DNA of 64,000 nucleotides from Trichosphaerium sp. ATCC 40318 (lineage: Eukaryota > Protista > Tubulinea). Below, piece after piece: positions 12,501 to 25,958 of this stretch. Where the stretch lies: positions 62,001 through 126,000 of the forward strand of contig JALMLS010000093.1 in assembly GCA_038496445.1 (NCBI GenBank), given 5' to 3'. The position numbers were made by a program, and so were the translations under genes. Within the stretch, counting starts at the first letter, position 1, and each line of letters opens with the position of its first letter. Under the pieces are notes generated by a model, which did not search any database, was not told the origin of the DNA, and saw only the letters and a program-made list of their open reading frames with translations.

Positions 12501-15299
12501 TTCTGGTTTTGTCATTAAAACAAAATTAAATATTTTCAGTTGTTGTCGTTTGTATTACTTTACAGTCTCTCTAATTGGTATTACACGTGGTTATTTACAG
12601 TGTATAAAGCTAGCGCTTTCCAGGATACGACCACCCCACAGTTAAAACTTTAGTCACAACGAAGGGCTTGGTTTTTTTTTTTGCAGGAAGCTGGATTGTT
12701 GTACAAGAAAATAGAACGTACCTTTTTACAGCAACCTTCAGGACTTGCTTTTGGTATCGAGATCACACAAAAAAACTGAGGATTCATTTGGAATGTGCGT
12801 CACCTCTTCTACAGAAGAGGTTTTATCCCAAGAATATCCATCTAATATGCAATTTGATTCCGTTTATAAACGGTACTATGTCTTGTAACAAAGAAGCTTG
12901 CCTTACTTGTATGTGTGGTACTTAACAGTCTATCTCTACATCTCTGATAAACCTACAACAAACAGTGCTGTGATACAGCAAATATATAGGTGTACATGTG
13001 CTTTGGTAAACAAGAGGTAACCATGCGGCCTTTTTTTGTGGAGATTGTATAGCGTTTATGGAACCCTGGAAGTACAAAGGTGGGTATGAAACGTGATTTT
13101 AAGGAATATCTTTTTTGCTGATCATTTCGCACATAGGAAACTACCCTTAGTCATTAAATTATTATATGGATACGTCCAAAACAAAGAGAAGAACAAAAAA
13201 GAAAAACCAAAATCTCCTTGCGGGTGTGTCAAAATTTTTTTTTTTTGGATATGTGTCAAAATGTTAATAGTGTTACTTTGTCATAGCGTTATCAACGCTT
13301 AAAATGATTAAAATAGGTGTATCTTTTTAACCAGATTTTCGCGATCTTCATCCTGGTTTTTTGTATTTTCTGTCAGATATCCTTGAGTATCGCGGTATGG
13401 ACACTTTATTTTTCATAAAAATCTCCAGATCGATAGTAGTGTGAGCTAAATAATCAGATTTTTCAGGTGCGATAGAGAACTGTTGTTTAAAAAAAAATGA
13501 GTACTTCTAAATCGAGGTTTTAGATGTAGAACGCACGGATACAGTCTACCAAAGGAGGTTTCTCAATTCTCTTTGATGGTAAGAACGTGATCGCTTGTTT
13601 TTCAGGAAAACTGCCCGTTCTGACTTGACACGTTTTTAATGGCGCTGATTGAATGTCTATACATAAAGGTAAGTTAATAACAGCTTTTAAAGAAATTAGT
13701 CTTTAAGTGGCCAGAAACCATGAAGTGAATAAAAAATGTAGAAGTTCTTTTAGGATTTTCCAGTCTTCATAACATCTCATACAAATCAACGATGTATCAC
13801 GTGCTTTAGCAATATCCTAGTTAATTTTTGTAGGTTACAGGTTCGCATGGTGTTGCTCATATGAGCGTATGGCTTTAACTTGATATCGTTCCTTTGTTTG
13901 TTTTTGCAAGGCGATCCGTTGCGTGTTGGGTACTTAACGTAAGTGCTTTTATGGTTTAAGTTCGTTCTCAACTTTTTTTTGGCCATCAAAACGTATATTT
14001 GCGCGTACCTTTACTTATCCAATAATTAGGTTGTTCCACGTGACTCAACTTTTTTACCTATCAGAAAAATTTGGTTTTCAGTCATTTCCGCTGCCGTTCT
14101 TCTAAGGTGAAGTAACACGTGCTAACCTCCAATTTATGTTTTAATCTACTGCTTTTAGAATTTGTATTACGTAATTACGTAGCTTATTGCGTTTAATAGT
14201 GAAGCCGCCAAAAGGGGAGCTTAACATGAATTGGCCATGTATTGAACCATGTAAGGCAACACCTCTATTAATAGCATTAAGTCAAGTCGAAACAGCTCTT
14301 GAAGCGTTTAGGCTAGTAGTAGAACGTGTTCACAACGTAATGCTTGATTTAAAAGCAATAAAGTGTCATGTTTTTCTCAAGTTTTTTTTTTGGAACTGCA
14401 CCAAACAATAGCGGAAAATTGTCACTCGTTCATCTGTCAAACGCACAAACCACATATTGGATAACACAACAAGCGTATGTCAGGAATGCAAAATACCAAT
14501 TGACTGGGGTACTCGTTACAACAGCAAACATTAGTTAAAAGATGCATCATGTTAATCTCTAGTACACGTTTTATCATACGATTCTATTACATTGTAGGCA
14601 TAAAAATACGCTTAGTAGAAGCTACCCATACAAAAGCGTGGGAATATATTTATTAATATTCAGCCTCTGAGGCCATTGTGCGTTACAAAACGGGAGGTGT
14701 TACTTTTCCGATTGCAATGTGCATTTTACCAAAAAATAAGCATTGGTTGAAATAGGTGTCAACAGTGATCAATCTCGCTTAGCAACGGTGGGTTTTCCGT
14801 AGTTTTAACCGAACCTGTTACCATTTTACTATTCAATCTTCTTTCAAATTAGCGAATCAAGGGCATGAGGAGGAAGAGCAGCTTTACAAGTTGTATGCAA
14901 TACATCCATTCTTGTTTCTGTTAAAGGTTAGAGGAGAACAAATCCTCTTAAAAATTATCATTATAAAAAATCACGAATTAAACTAAACAGACAAAGTCAC
15001 GTGGTTCTTAGAGAATGAAAGGCCGAAAAGCGAACACTCAAGGTTCACTTTTCATGTGAAATTAACCTCATCTTTTTAATACCAAGCACTCTTTGTCATT
15101 TAATTGAGTGGGTTGTGTCGTTATTAGAGACCGATTTAGTGCTTGCCATTTGCATGTTGAAAAAAAGATAGAAAACTGCTCAATTTTTTGGTTCATTTGA
15201 GTACTTGATGTTGTTCGTGTGAATTGTGTTTATGTACTATCATTTGCATGTGTTCTTTCTTCCCCATTTGGCCGTTTTCATACCATATTATTTACCCTA

Positions 15300-17139
15300 G
15301 CTTGAGAAAATTTAAAAAACTAGACAATTCAACAAATATTTCCATTGTATATTTCATCTCTAATCATCTCCGCAAATAGTTATTAAAATCTTGTCAACCT
15401 GAAGTTCGGCTAATGTAAGGTATCGTTTCTATCAGAGTGTCAATCTCAGAACAAGGCCATTGCTTTCTCCACTAGAATTGAATGATGTTTACCAACACGT
15501 AAATTACACCGAAGAAATGCCTACAAGCCCCATTGTTCTTACTTCAATATCACTGATACAAAAGGTTCATATGCATACCAACAAAGTCTTTTTTGGAAAT
15601 ATTATGTTCAGTGCAGGGCAATTCATAATCAAAAAAAGGTTTAATAATACAACTTCTATCAGGTAGCCTGGATTTATACACGTGTAATAATACGTTTAAC
15701 TAGTAAAATGATTCGAACTATGGTAAACACAGTCGAAGAGCATTAACCAAGCCTCTAATAAAGAGTCAAATTAAATTGAAAAAAAAAACAAAAATCCCAT
15801 TACCTTTGAACTGATCGCTTGTTTCTCTGTTCAAAGCGTTGCCAGTCCCATTTATATTCAGGATGAAGCAATACCAGTGAATACGGGAAATTAAATCCTA
15901 ATACTTTACCAACAGATAGATTTTGGAACCCTACACGATACCAATCGCATTTTCTCTTAATATCAAAGACATTCTCCAACTCTACAAGAAACTTAGTTTG
16001 GTGAACAAAAGAAACACGCTTCATCGTGCTTTTAAGGTAATCTACAACGTTTTCCCTCGTTCTCCAGTGGCCGTGGGGTGTTTTTTGGAACTTACTGCCA
16101 TCCCAAGGATGGCTAGGATACATAGTATTCAATGCTCGTGAAAGAGACGAATTATACCTTTAAATACAGTTAAGATGATAAACAACACCCGTAAGGATCT
16201 CCAGGGAAGATGTTATGGCGTACATGTTGGAAACTATGCCTCCGCCTCCTTTCTTAAACACCTGACCTAGAGACACCTTGTACCAATCATCAATGACCTA
16301 ATAGAAGCTAATATCAGCACAAGTTATTCAAATCCACCTCTTCTGCGTGCCTTGACACCTAAACCTCTTGCAATATCTTCAAACTTGCTTATTTGATTGG
16401 TAACAGAGTGCCAGTGCTTGTTTGGTACTTTCCTATAAGCTTTGTTGGCTCTTGGTCGGATTACGCTGGCATACCTGAACTTTGATGCATCCCAATCGAA
16501 ATAAGGGTAGACAGATGTTAAAGCACGAGATATAGAGTTGCCATGGCTACCCGACAAGTAAATTGTTTGATAGCGGTAATCTATCAGCTTTATAACGCAC
16601 TCATGCATCACTTTTCCACCACCGTTGTTTACTACATAGTCGTGTGAAACGTTGTACCAGTCGTCAAGTGACTTTACATTTTGACGTTCTGCAATGTCAT
16701 CAAAAAGTTGGTTGAGGTTTTGACTAGCGAGCCAGAAGCGTTGTGGAGCCTTCCTTTTCGAATATGTCAGAATAAACAGGTGATATCATATAAACATCTG
16801 TAAACGTGCTTAAACCGTTGTGGGTTCCAAGGATATGACGGATAAGTGGCTCTTAGAGCGTTGTAGATGGAATGATCGTAGCTGAGTGTTACGTTAGTGT
16901 TTTCGGTATTATAACGTCAGTTACCTATGTAATAGGCGTTTACCACACTGTTCTTGTACTTTTGTGGCTGTAATATCATACCAATCCTCCAGCACTTTAA
17001 CATTCAAGCTAGGGCCAACGTTACGGTCTAAAATGTCTCTCCTGCGCTGGAAAGTGCGGTAACACCGTTTTTGAGGAGAATTGTGTTTGACACAAGCGTT
17101 AACTATTACAGTTGCGCCACTTTTTGGAGTACATCTCAT
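15300..17139 (-). CDS. Tryptophan-rich repeat protein (LxVKxLDDWYxV...GG...S..AL..VYP...W...KF); 3' end uncertain
   Basis: Repeats LNVKVLEDWYDIT, VKSLDDWYNVS, ISRALTSVYPYFDWDASKF, YPSHPWDGSKFQKTPHGHW, IKRKCDWYRVG. Confidence 0.75.
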
Positions 17140-17267
17140 TGGTTTAGCTCTTTACATTGTTAACGATTTACATTCTGAGTTAAGTGGTACAATTCGCTTC
17201 AAGCTCAAGGCCACAGAAGCTTATCATGAAAAATCGCCACAAGCTAGCTAAATAAACGTGGTGCGTA

Positions 17268-18997
17268 ATGCTACGAACAGCCTACAGCCTAGATATGGTA
17301 TTACACCTTAATACCACGCTTTCATGCTTACAAACCAATGTAGGTTGTGTTACAGCACATTGGCAAAGAACTGGGAGTAAAACACCTAGATGCTTGGTAC
17401 AATATAACAAACGCTAAAGTTCTTGCTTCTGGTGGCTCCTCACTTGTGTACGCTACTTCCCACACGTTTTTATCTCAACGCCTTCAAATAGACATCATCA
17501 TGGCCACTGCTTATCCGTACTACTTCCAAAAGCATTCCCAGAGCATAAATGGATCCCTTGGAAATTCAGGTACCTCATACTGTCACTTTTGTCTGCAAAC
17601 CGATTTTGACACTTCGACGCGTTGTAAACTAACCGAGATTGTTGTAGAAACACGCCCAAAAACTATTGGCACAATCCAGAAAATAGGAGCAACATGATCA
17701 CTGTTATTGAAGAACAGCTCGATATAAAGACCTTAGATGATTGGTTTAGTATCACAGAAAACGATATCATTGCTAGTGGCGCTGCAAGCTTAGTGTACTT
17801 AGAAAAAAAAATACTTCTAACTTCAAAAAATACTTTTGCCTTTTGAAGTGTTTTGTCTGTTTGTCACTTGCTCATTCTACCATTAGTAAACACTTCTATG
17901 GATCTATATCCGCTTGGTTATCAAGTGCATACCCACAAGTTAACTGGTCTACAGTACTTAGGGAAAGAGGTAGTATCATCCACAAAATATAAAAAAAAGT
18001 CTGTTTTGTTGCTCAAGTTTGCTTAGCGTATACCGACATTGTAAAACAGCGTCAGCGGTTTGATGACTTTGGTGTACAACTTAATATTAAACAATACAGT
18101 GATTGGTACTCTGTGGGCATGTCAGACTTTGGAAATCGGAGTGCCAGAGCGATATTGTACGCTATTGTTTTTCCTTATCGAAAAAAAAGAAGAATGCTAA
18201 CTTTTTGTAATTAGAGCCATGTATAACGGTTCTATGTCGGCATGTCTAGAAAAAATATATCCTCAATATGACTGGAAACCGTGGCGATTCAAAGCAACAT
18301 CATTCAAGCATGAGGTGACGCCTCAAGACTTTAACATGAAAGCAAGAAAATTCTTGTTTAATCTCAAAACAGAATTTAAAATAGAGAATACAGAATCGTG
18401 GTAAGTACTTAGATATTAGCTCGTCTTTGTTGTTAAACCCAGTGTTAAGGTACAGGGTATCACATGAACAATTAAAAACAAGCAGTGCTCATGGATTCAC
18501 AAAACATTGGCCAAGGTAAAAAAGAATGCTGTTTTTAGCTTTATTTATTGTTAAACATTACTAATCGGTTTTTCCCAGGATTCTATCCTTGATTGAACCC
18601 AACTACAGTTGGCAGTGGAATCAATTCTCTTATATAAAGAAACAAGCAAGGCAACGGTACATAACCTCCATTCTTTCTTTTTTTTTTTTTTTGGAAAGAC
18701 ATAAATCACGTGACTAACACGTGTTGAATATAGGGTACTGACACAACACTGTGCTGGATTGTTTCCAGTTTATAAAATGTAAAAAAAACCAAACCGTTAA
18801 CGAATAGACAATGTACAATAGTAAGAAAAACCAAAATAAAAAACAAAAAAGACCCAAAACGAGTATTATTTTATTTCGCTTTGTTGTTTTGGCTCGCTAG
18901 CGAACATATAATTTTGAATGTACCTTTTGTTTCTATTGACACAACACAGTGGCTTACTGAATTATGCAATGCCTCAAATAAAAGTAACAGAACATAA
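17268..18997 (+). CDS. Tryptophan-rich repeat protein, paralog of the divergent upstream gene
   Basis: LGVKHLDAWYNIT..GGSSLV, FPEHKWIPWKF, PKNYWHNPENR, IKTLDDWFSIT, YPQYDWKPWRF. Confidence 0.78.
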
Positions 18998-19420
18998 AGA
19001 GCAAGCCCAAAAAAAGAAATGCTTTTTACCAAGTTTGTTTTTATGCATTTTAGAACAACACGGACGCCATCCGAAAGTGACTGACAAACAAACGTACCAG
19101 GTGGGATTTGTGAGGGTTTTATAGCGAACTGTGATACCGTCTTTCCCATGGCCCTATTAGCACGTAAAATAGGAGGTACTCCAACAATAAGTTGAGCGCC
19201 CTTTTTTTTGTGATTTCAAATGTGAGAGTCTTTTTATGTTGCACACTGCCGTCCTTTTTTTTTATTTTAACATATGACTGTCCCAAGGCCCAGTAAGGCT
19301 TCCTTGTGGTAATTATAGAGTCAAGGTAGAGCCTTCCGGATTAAGTTGTGGACAGCCAACATGCCGCTAAGGGGAAATAAAGAGACGCCTCTTTCTTCTT
19401 ATCATCGAGTTCGTTTGGAT

Positions 19421-22400
19421 CTAGATAAATAGTTCAAGTTCATGACGTGTATAAACATTTCTTTTATCGCTAGGTAGTGTAGGCCAAGAAGATACCAATG
19501 CATCCTAAATTACAAGTCAGTAAAATCCTCCAAACAAGCAAAAGAAATGAAAAAAAATATTCAAAAAAGACCACCAAAAAGATTTGGCTTTGCCAAAAGC
19601 AAACAAAACATACCTGTGATCTCATGTATAATCTGTTGTACAACTTCCAATAAGCCGTGCGTACAATACGTGCAGGATGGAAGAGACCTTGAAGTAGGTA
19701 CTCAACAACAATGCAAGGGCCAATAGATACACTCAATCCATCAATTGCTTCTGTAACTGCTTGAATAACATGAGGTGAAGTCTCGAAAAGATTAGGCCAA
19801 ACACAATTCAATAAATGAATTAAAGCGTCTTCACAACCTGAAAAAACATTATCAGCCACAATACGTGATGTAACAGAGAAAGAAAGGAAGAAAAACCACA
19901 AACAACATACCCAAGTAAGCGACACCGAGGGCCATATGTTTCACTACCCAAGCGGCAGTTTGTCTGTGAACCAAATCTCTGTCCATTAAGGCATCCTCAA
20001 GAAGAGGTGTGACTGCGTAGATGTAATCTTTACCCATTTCTTGAATGTACTCGAACAAGAAACTCAAAGCCTTCAACACACCTAACAAAAAGAAAAGGTC
20101 AGAAAACTTCTTTTCATTAGCTTCTAAAAACAATCGTACCATTTTGAACGTTGAGTTCAGGGACACGATACTCATTCATGAGAGCAGGTAGCACAGTAAA
20201 TGGAGCGCAAGTTTCCGCTACAATAGCAATAGCAACGGTCGTACAAACACGATTTTGACGTTCTTGCACACTAAACAAAAAAAATAAGTACGCTAGCACA
20301 CCAATTGGAAAATAAATAGCCATTCGGCTGATAATGTTTGTGACGTACCGTAGATTGTTTAGTAGTGTAGCAAGTACATCTTGTGGTCCAATAGCTTTAG
20401 CAATATAACCAAAAGTGTTAACAGTTGCTCTACGAATACTCTTTTTATGTGCTTTCAACATTTCAAGCAATTCGAAACAGATACGCATCCATTCACGTGC
20501 AGATACGAATTCTGATCCTCTGTCTGCGATACGACCAACTAGATCAATAACATTCTCCTATAATAAAGAAATTAAGTATAAACGAAGTACTTATAACAAA
20601 ACAAAAAACAAGTCTTTAAAAAACTTGGAGCTTAATAAAAACCAAATTAAAATCTTGATGTAATCGATTGATGTACCTGCACTTTCTCGTGTCTGTTTCT
20701 GAGGATAGGCGTGAGCCTTGGCAACAAGTCCTTGATAGGAGGTTGCATCTTTGTCATACCAATAACATTAACAATAGCTTTAAGTGCACCAAGGATAGAT
20801 CCCAAAACTTCAGGATATTCTTCACCAAGGTATTCATACAAGATAGTACCAAGACGACCCAACAACTTTTCTTCTCCACAAGCTTTCATAACAAAAGCAA
20901 CTCTAAACCAAACATATAAGAATAAAGAACAACCCAACAGATACAAGGAAAGAAAGAAAAACAAAGAAACAAAAGGAAGAAAAAAAGAAGAAAAAGAAGA
21001 CATACCTGGAGATAAGATCAGCTGCAATCTGACGAATACGAGGCATACGATTTTTAAGACGCCATTTGATTGTACCACAAATTTGAGCGACGTAAGGCTT
21101 AACACGTAATCCAAGAGAACTACAAACAGTACCAAATCCATTGAGTATAACATAAGAATCCTCAGATGTCTGTTCTTGGAAGGCATATAGTATACCATCA
21201 ACAAGAGATTCTTCTAGTTTTTGATCAAGTTCAGAAGCACCCAAAGCAGATATTGTTTTATCAATAGTCTCCATAACCATTCTTCTGAAAGGTTCAGAAT
21301 CATCCTTAAGATCACCGACAATACTCGAAATAATCTCACGTGCGCCAACCTTATTAGCTATCTCTACAGTAGTATCCACCAAAGCACGGTAGTTACGTCT
21401 ATCAAGAGCCATACGACGAATCCAAAATTGCTACAAAAAGAAAAGAAAGAGTCAACAAAAAAGGTCAAAGCTTAAAACAAGATTATAATCTCTTCGTACC
21501 TTGAAGAAATCTTCTAAAATATCTTCTCTCACGTAAGTAGCTTCAACGCCATCACAAGAAACACATTGCTTAATAACTTGTAGGACAATCTTCTTCATCT
21601 CCTCTTCAGGTGTACTAAACTGTTTCTTCAATACCTCCATGACTTCCTTGGTGTAATGACTCGCATGATTTGAGGCCATAAGAGGAATAATCTGACCAAT
21701 AGCCTTAAGGAACGCAGCTAGACCTTTACCACGTTGTCTTTGAATACCATACCACAAAGGCTTGAGTACGCTATCAAACGACTCGATACCATATGGATAA
21801 GCAGCCTCAGCAAGAGCAGCAAGTGACCTGGCAGTGATTGTACGCACTTTTTGTTGATCATCTTTTAGACCGTGTTCGATAATACTAACAAGGTCTCGGA
21901 GGTGAGGCAATATAGCGCAGCCCATAAGAATAGAAATACGTTGTACAATTTTGATACCAGTGTGACGTGCTTGCCAAGATTTTTTACTTTGACATACAGC
22001 CTTGAGGAAAGGCAACAAGGAAGGAATGCTCAAAGAAGATGCTACGACAGCAAAAGCACGAGCTGTTGTATTACGGACATACTCATCCAAGTTATCGATA
22101 TCAGGACGCATAGTAGCGATCATAGTAGCAAGACCAGCAGCTTTAGCAAGATTAGAGATAATCTCACGACCTTCAACACGAGCATAGTAATCCTCATCGA
22201 TTAAAAGAGGTTCAATAACAACAAGGATTTTATGGACGTAAGGTCTAACTAAATCGTCCAATTTATAGAGAATACGGTCAATAACCTTGACAAGTAAATG
22301 ACGCTCTTGGTCTTCAAGTGTTGGTGCCATAAGAAGAGGAAGAATTTTGTTGAAAAGAGGACCAGGTCCAAAATCGCATGCTTTGTCTGTGATTTGACGA

Positions 22401-24310
22401 AGAGCTTGTTTCCTCTGTTGTGGAGTTCCGTTCTTGATTTTAAGAAGAAGACGCATAATTTTACGCTCTTTAGCTTGGTCAGCATTAAGAAGCGTTTCAT
22501 CTGTCCCATCAAGTAAAGTCTCAAAGTAAGGCATATCCTCAGCTTTGATTTCTGGCATATTTGGTAGTTGTTTAATATCACGTCCAAAAGCATTTGGATC
22601 AATTTTTTGCTAAACAGAGGACAAAAGCGTAAGCACGTGTTTTTTGACAAATAAATAAATTAAAAATAATTAAAACGGTTGTGAATCAAAAGGAGAAAAA
22701 GCAAGTCGATTTCAAGTTCTTTTAGATTCCAAAAAAAAAAAAAAGTATTGTTACTTACTTGATCCATAAACCCTCCAGTCATTGGTTTTGGTGTAGATTG
22801 AAGTTTTCTTGCTGGTGTACGAATAGGTTTGTAAGCAGCAGGAGGCTCTAGAACGATATAACCTTCAGAAGGTCCAGGCAATAAGTCGTCAAGCTCTTCG
22901 AAAGATAAAGGTCTGTTTCTATCAGTAGGATCATAAGACTGTCCAGCAATAGCTTGATTTGTAATCTAAAAATACACGAGTTAATAACAACACCCACAGT
23001 ACTGCTTTTCGCTTTAAAACATGAGCATCTTTAATTAAAAAAAATTGCGTACCATAGGTGTCTCAGCACCGTAGTTACCAACTGGTGTTACGCCAGGTGT
23101 CATGCCACCTGCCATTACAGCTGGGGTTTCGTCCCATCTACTCTTTCCAGAACGTGGAGTAGTACCAGGTTGACCACGTGGTGTTTCATCCCAACGACTA
23201 CGACCACTAGCACCTGCTTGAGGTGTTTGATCCCACCGTGAAGGTGTTTTGGAGGCTGTAGGTGTTTTCATATCCCAACGAGATGCTCTCTTTGGTGTAG
23301 CGTCATCCCACTTGGAAGAAGATGATGGTCCACCTGGTGTAGCGCTTCCATCTTGTTCATCCCACTCAGACGTCTTTTGTCGCTTAGAGGCTGTACCACC
23401 GTCACCACCTTCGTCCCATCTGCTTCTTTTTTTCTTGTCGCGAGCTTTTTCAACCTCAGCACGATTTTTTCTCTTGTCTTCCTTTTCTTGCGCTATTTTC
23501 TCAGCAACAATCTTCTTAACACGATCCTCTTCCTTTTCAAGTGCTTGACGTTTCATTTGCTCTTTATAACCACCAGCACCTCCTTTACCATCATCTTCTT
23601 CAGCAAATGGGTCTGAACGTTCTGGAGACAATACAGCCATACGACGCTGCCTTGCTGCTCTTTTATAATCATCTTCTCTTGCTAAAGAAATAGATAAGCA
23701 CAAAATTCAAGCGATTCTAACGACTAAACGAGTTTAAAAGTCAAAAAAAAAGAAAAAAGTTTTTTGGAGGTTTAGGAGCGGAGAGGTTTTTTTTTTCGTT
23801 TGTTAGATAACGTTTATAGTACCAGCGATGGACTTCTTTTTGTGAAATGCCATTGGATCCCCAATTTGTTGACCTTGTCCAATAGGTAAATCGTTTAGGA
23901 TGTCACTAGGTGCGCTTATTTGCGCAGGCATAAATCTAGCGTCTCTCTGTACTTCGTCGTCTAAATCGTCTTCATTCATTGGTAACGAGTCGTGGTAGCC
24001 CTGTTTTGTATCACTGCCGTATATATGTTGATCAAACGACACAGAACCCATAGGAGCCTAAAACTACGATCAGAAACTAAAATATTTCGATTTTTCTTTT
24101 CCCAGGTAAAAAAAAACAGCATTAATCACTGTTAGTGGTACTTACATGGCTACCCTCGGTTTCCATGCGCTGTTTTCTAATAGCGGCCAACTCATCCTCC
24201 AGGCTATCGCCGCCGCCCATATCTAATAAACGTGAGCTTATTTCAATCGTTTATGTAGAAATAGGATTAATTAGTTGCTTACATTTTTCGGTAGGTGTTG
24301 GCGAGCTCAT
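19421..24310 (-). CDS. SF3B1: Splicing factor 3B subunit 1 (SF3b155)
   Basis: RWDETP ULM repeats; HEAT region [38 protein letters not shown]; C-terminus RHELELFI*. Confidence 0.98.
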
Positions 24311-24456
24311 GGTTATTGTAATAAATGCGTAGCACTAGACTTACAACCACAGCAAAGAAAATGCCTATGAATAACTACAAGATTCTTACGCAAAAAAAAA
24401 GGTCAACTTCAAGTCGCACGATTGCCAACTGCTAAACTAGCGTACGAAGATTTAAA

Positions 24457-25791
24457 ATGGCTCTAAAATACTCATTGGAAGGTCCCGACGGAGTACAAGT
24501 ACGCATCAAGCATTAGGTGTACAAATCTTATTAATTCCCAGCGAGCAAATACGGCAGTGTACTCGATTTATTGTAAAGACAGCGAAGGTGACTTGCGAGG
24601 TGCGTTTTTAGTACTTCTACATTATGTACAGACTATTCTGTTAGCCTGTGCCCCAATTCAAGCGTGGAAAGTGCGCGTACTCAACCCAGACAATCAGGAG
24701 ATTGACATGTCACCTCCGGAAAGTACAACATGACGTCATTCTCTCCAGAGCTAATCAATGCGTAGGGAAAGGTGTTGGGCACATCCAATTCTCGTTTACT
24801 CCCAGAAAAAGTGGACAATGGTGTATCTGTGTAACTTGCAACGATAAACCTTTGTTCACAAGCCACATGACAGTAAAACCCGGAAACAGACCACAACAAA
24901 CAATAAATGGAGCAAACCGGCTGATTACCAAGTTTGGCCTAAGCGGCAACGGACTCGCAGGCGGTTATGTTAGCCAAGAGGCTGATATCTATGTACGAGA
25001 AACTTTATTTTGTTAAACTGAAAGACTGTACGCTAGATACAAGCCAGAGATGAGAGTGGTAAACAAACATTAATAAGTAAAGCAGATTTAGTGGTTAGGG
25101 TCCGTATCATTGAATTGTCAGCTGTAAAAAAAACCTGATTTTCTTTGTTAGATTAAAACACCGATTGGCAATACTATTGAAGCCGCAATTACTGGTAGAG
25201 CTGATCCTGGATATAATTTTGTAGCAAAGTATCGTGTTCCAGATGATGGACAGTACTTGGTTTCAATATTGTATGAAGGGAGGAGTGTCATAGAACCTAA
25301 AATGGTATTAGACATAAATGGGAATTTTGATTATTAATTACTTGGTTGTTAAAGGTGACTTTCGGACTTGGTGCTGACAGTATCAGATCGTCTATAATAT
25401 GGACACGCAAGAAAACAGTTAAAGCTGGATCTACATTCTTCTTCGGGATTGCTGCTAAAGATATTAACGGTATAAAGGTAATCACATTGTGACTTTGATA
25501 ATCAAGGCTCATTGCTTTTTTTCTCATTTTTTTCGTAGTTGGAAAGAGGTGGAGACAACTTTTCGTTGTCGGTTAAAGGGCCACCATCTTCTTTTACACA
25601 AGAGATTAATGATAAAGAAGACGGTTCCTATACGGTTGCAATGGTGGGTTACCTTTTGCTGTGAACAAAAGACTTTGAGCTAATTTTTGTGATTGTAGAT
25701 GCTTCCAACTCCAAATGCTAAGTACACTATACATGTACATCTAAATGGAACTAGTATTCAAAATAGTCCATTGGTACTCACTACAGTGTAA
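24457..25791 (+). CDS. Filamin-type Ig-repeat protein (about 3 repeats, no actin-binding domain seen)
   Basis: FSFTPRKSGQWCICVTCNDKPL, FGLSGNGLAGG, YRVPDDGQYLVSILYEG, DKEDGSYTVA, YTIHVHLNGTSIQNSP. Confidence 0.75.
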
Positions 25792-25958
25792 TTTTTTACA
25801 CTTGACCCAATATAAATTGCACTTAAAGTGCAAGCGGACAAAAGGGATCTTTTTTTTTCCAGTCATTTTTTTTATTATTATACGACAAATTTGTTACAAT
25901 GTAACCAACAAATAAAAAAGGTTACAATCAGAAGAATACTTATATCAACCACCTAACG

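Noticed and set aside
12600-15300. Gene-poor stretch with exon-like fragments
   Set aside because: No consistent spliced frame, terminal repeats or transposase motif could be supported
23130-23420. Repeated RWD(E/Q)TP units
   Set aside because: Normal SF3B1 ULM motifs, not a DNA repeat array
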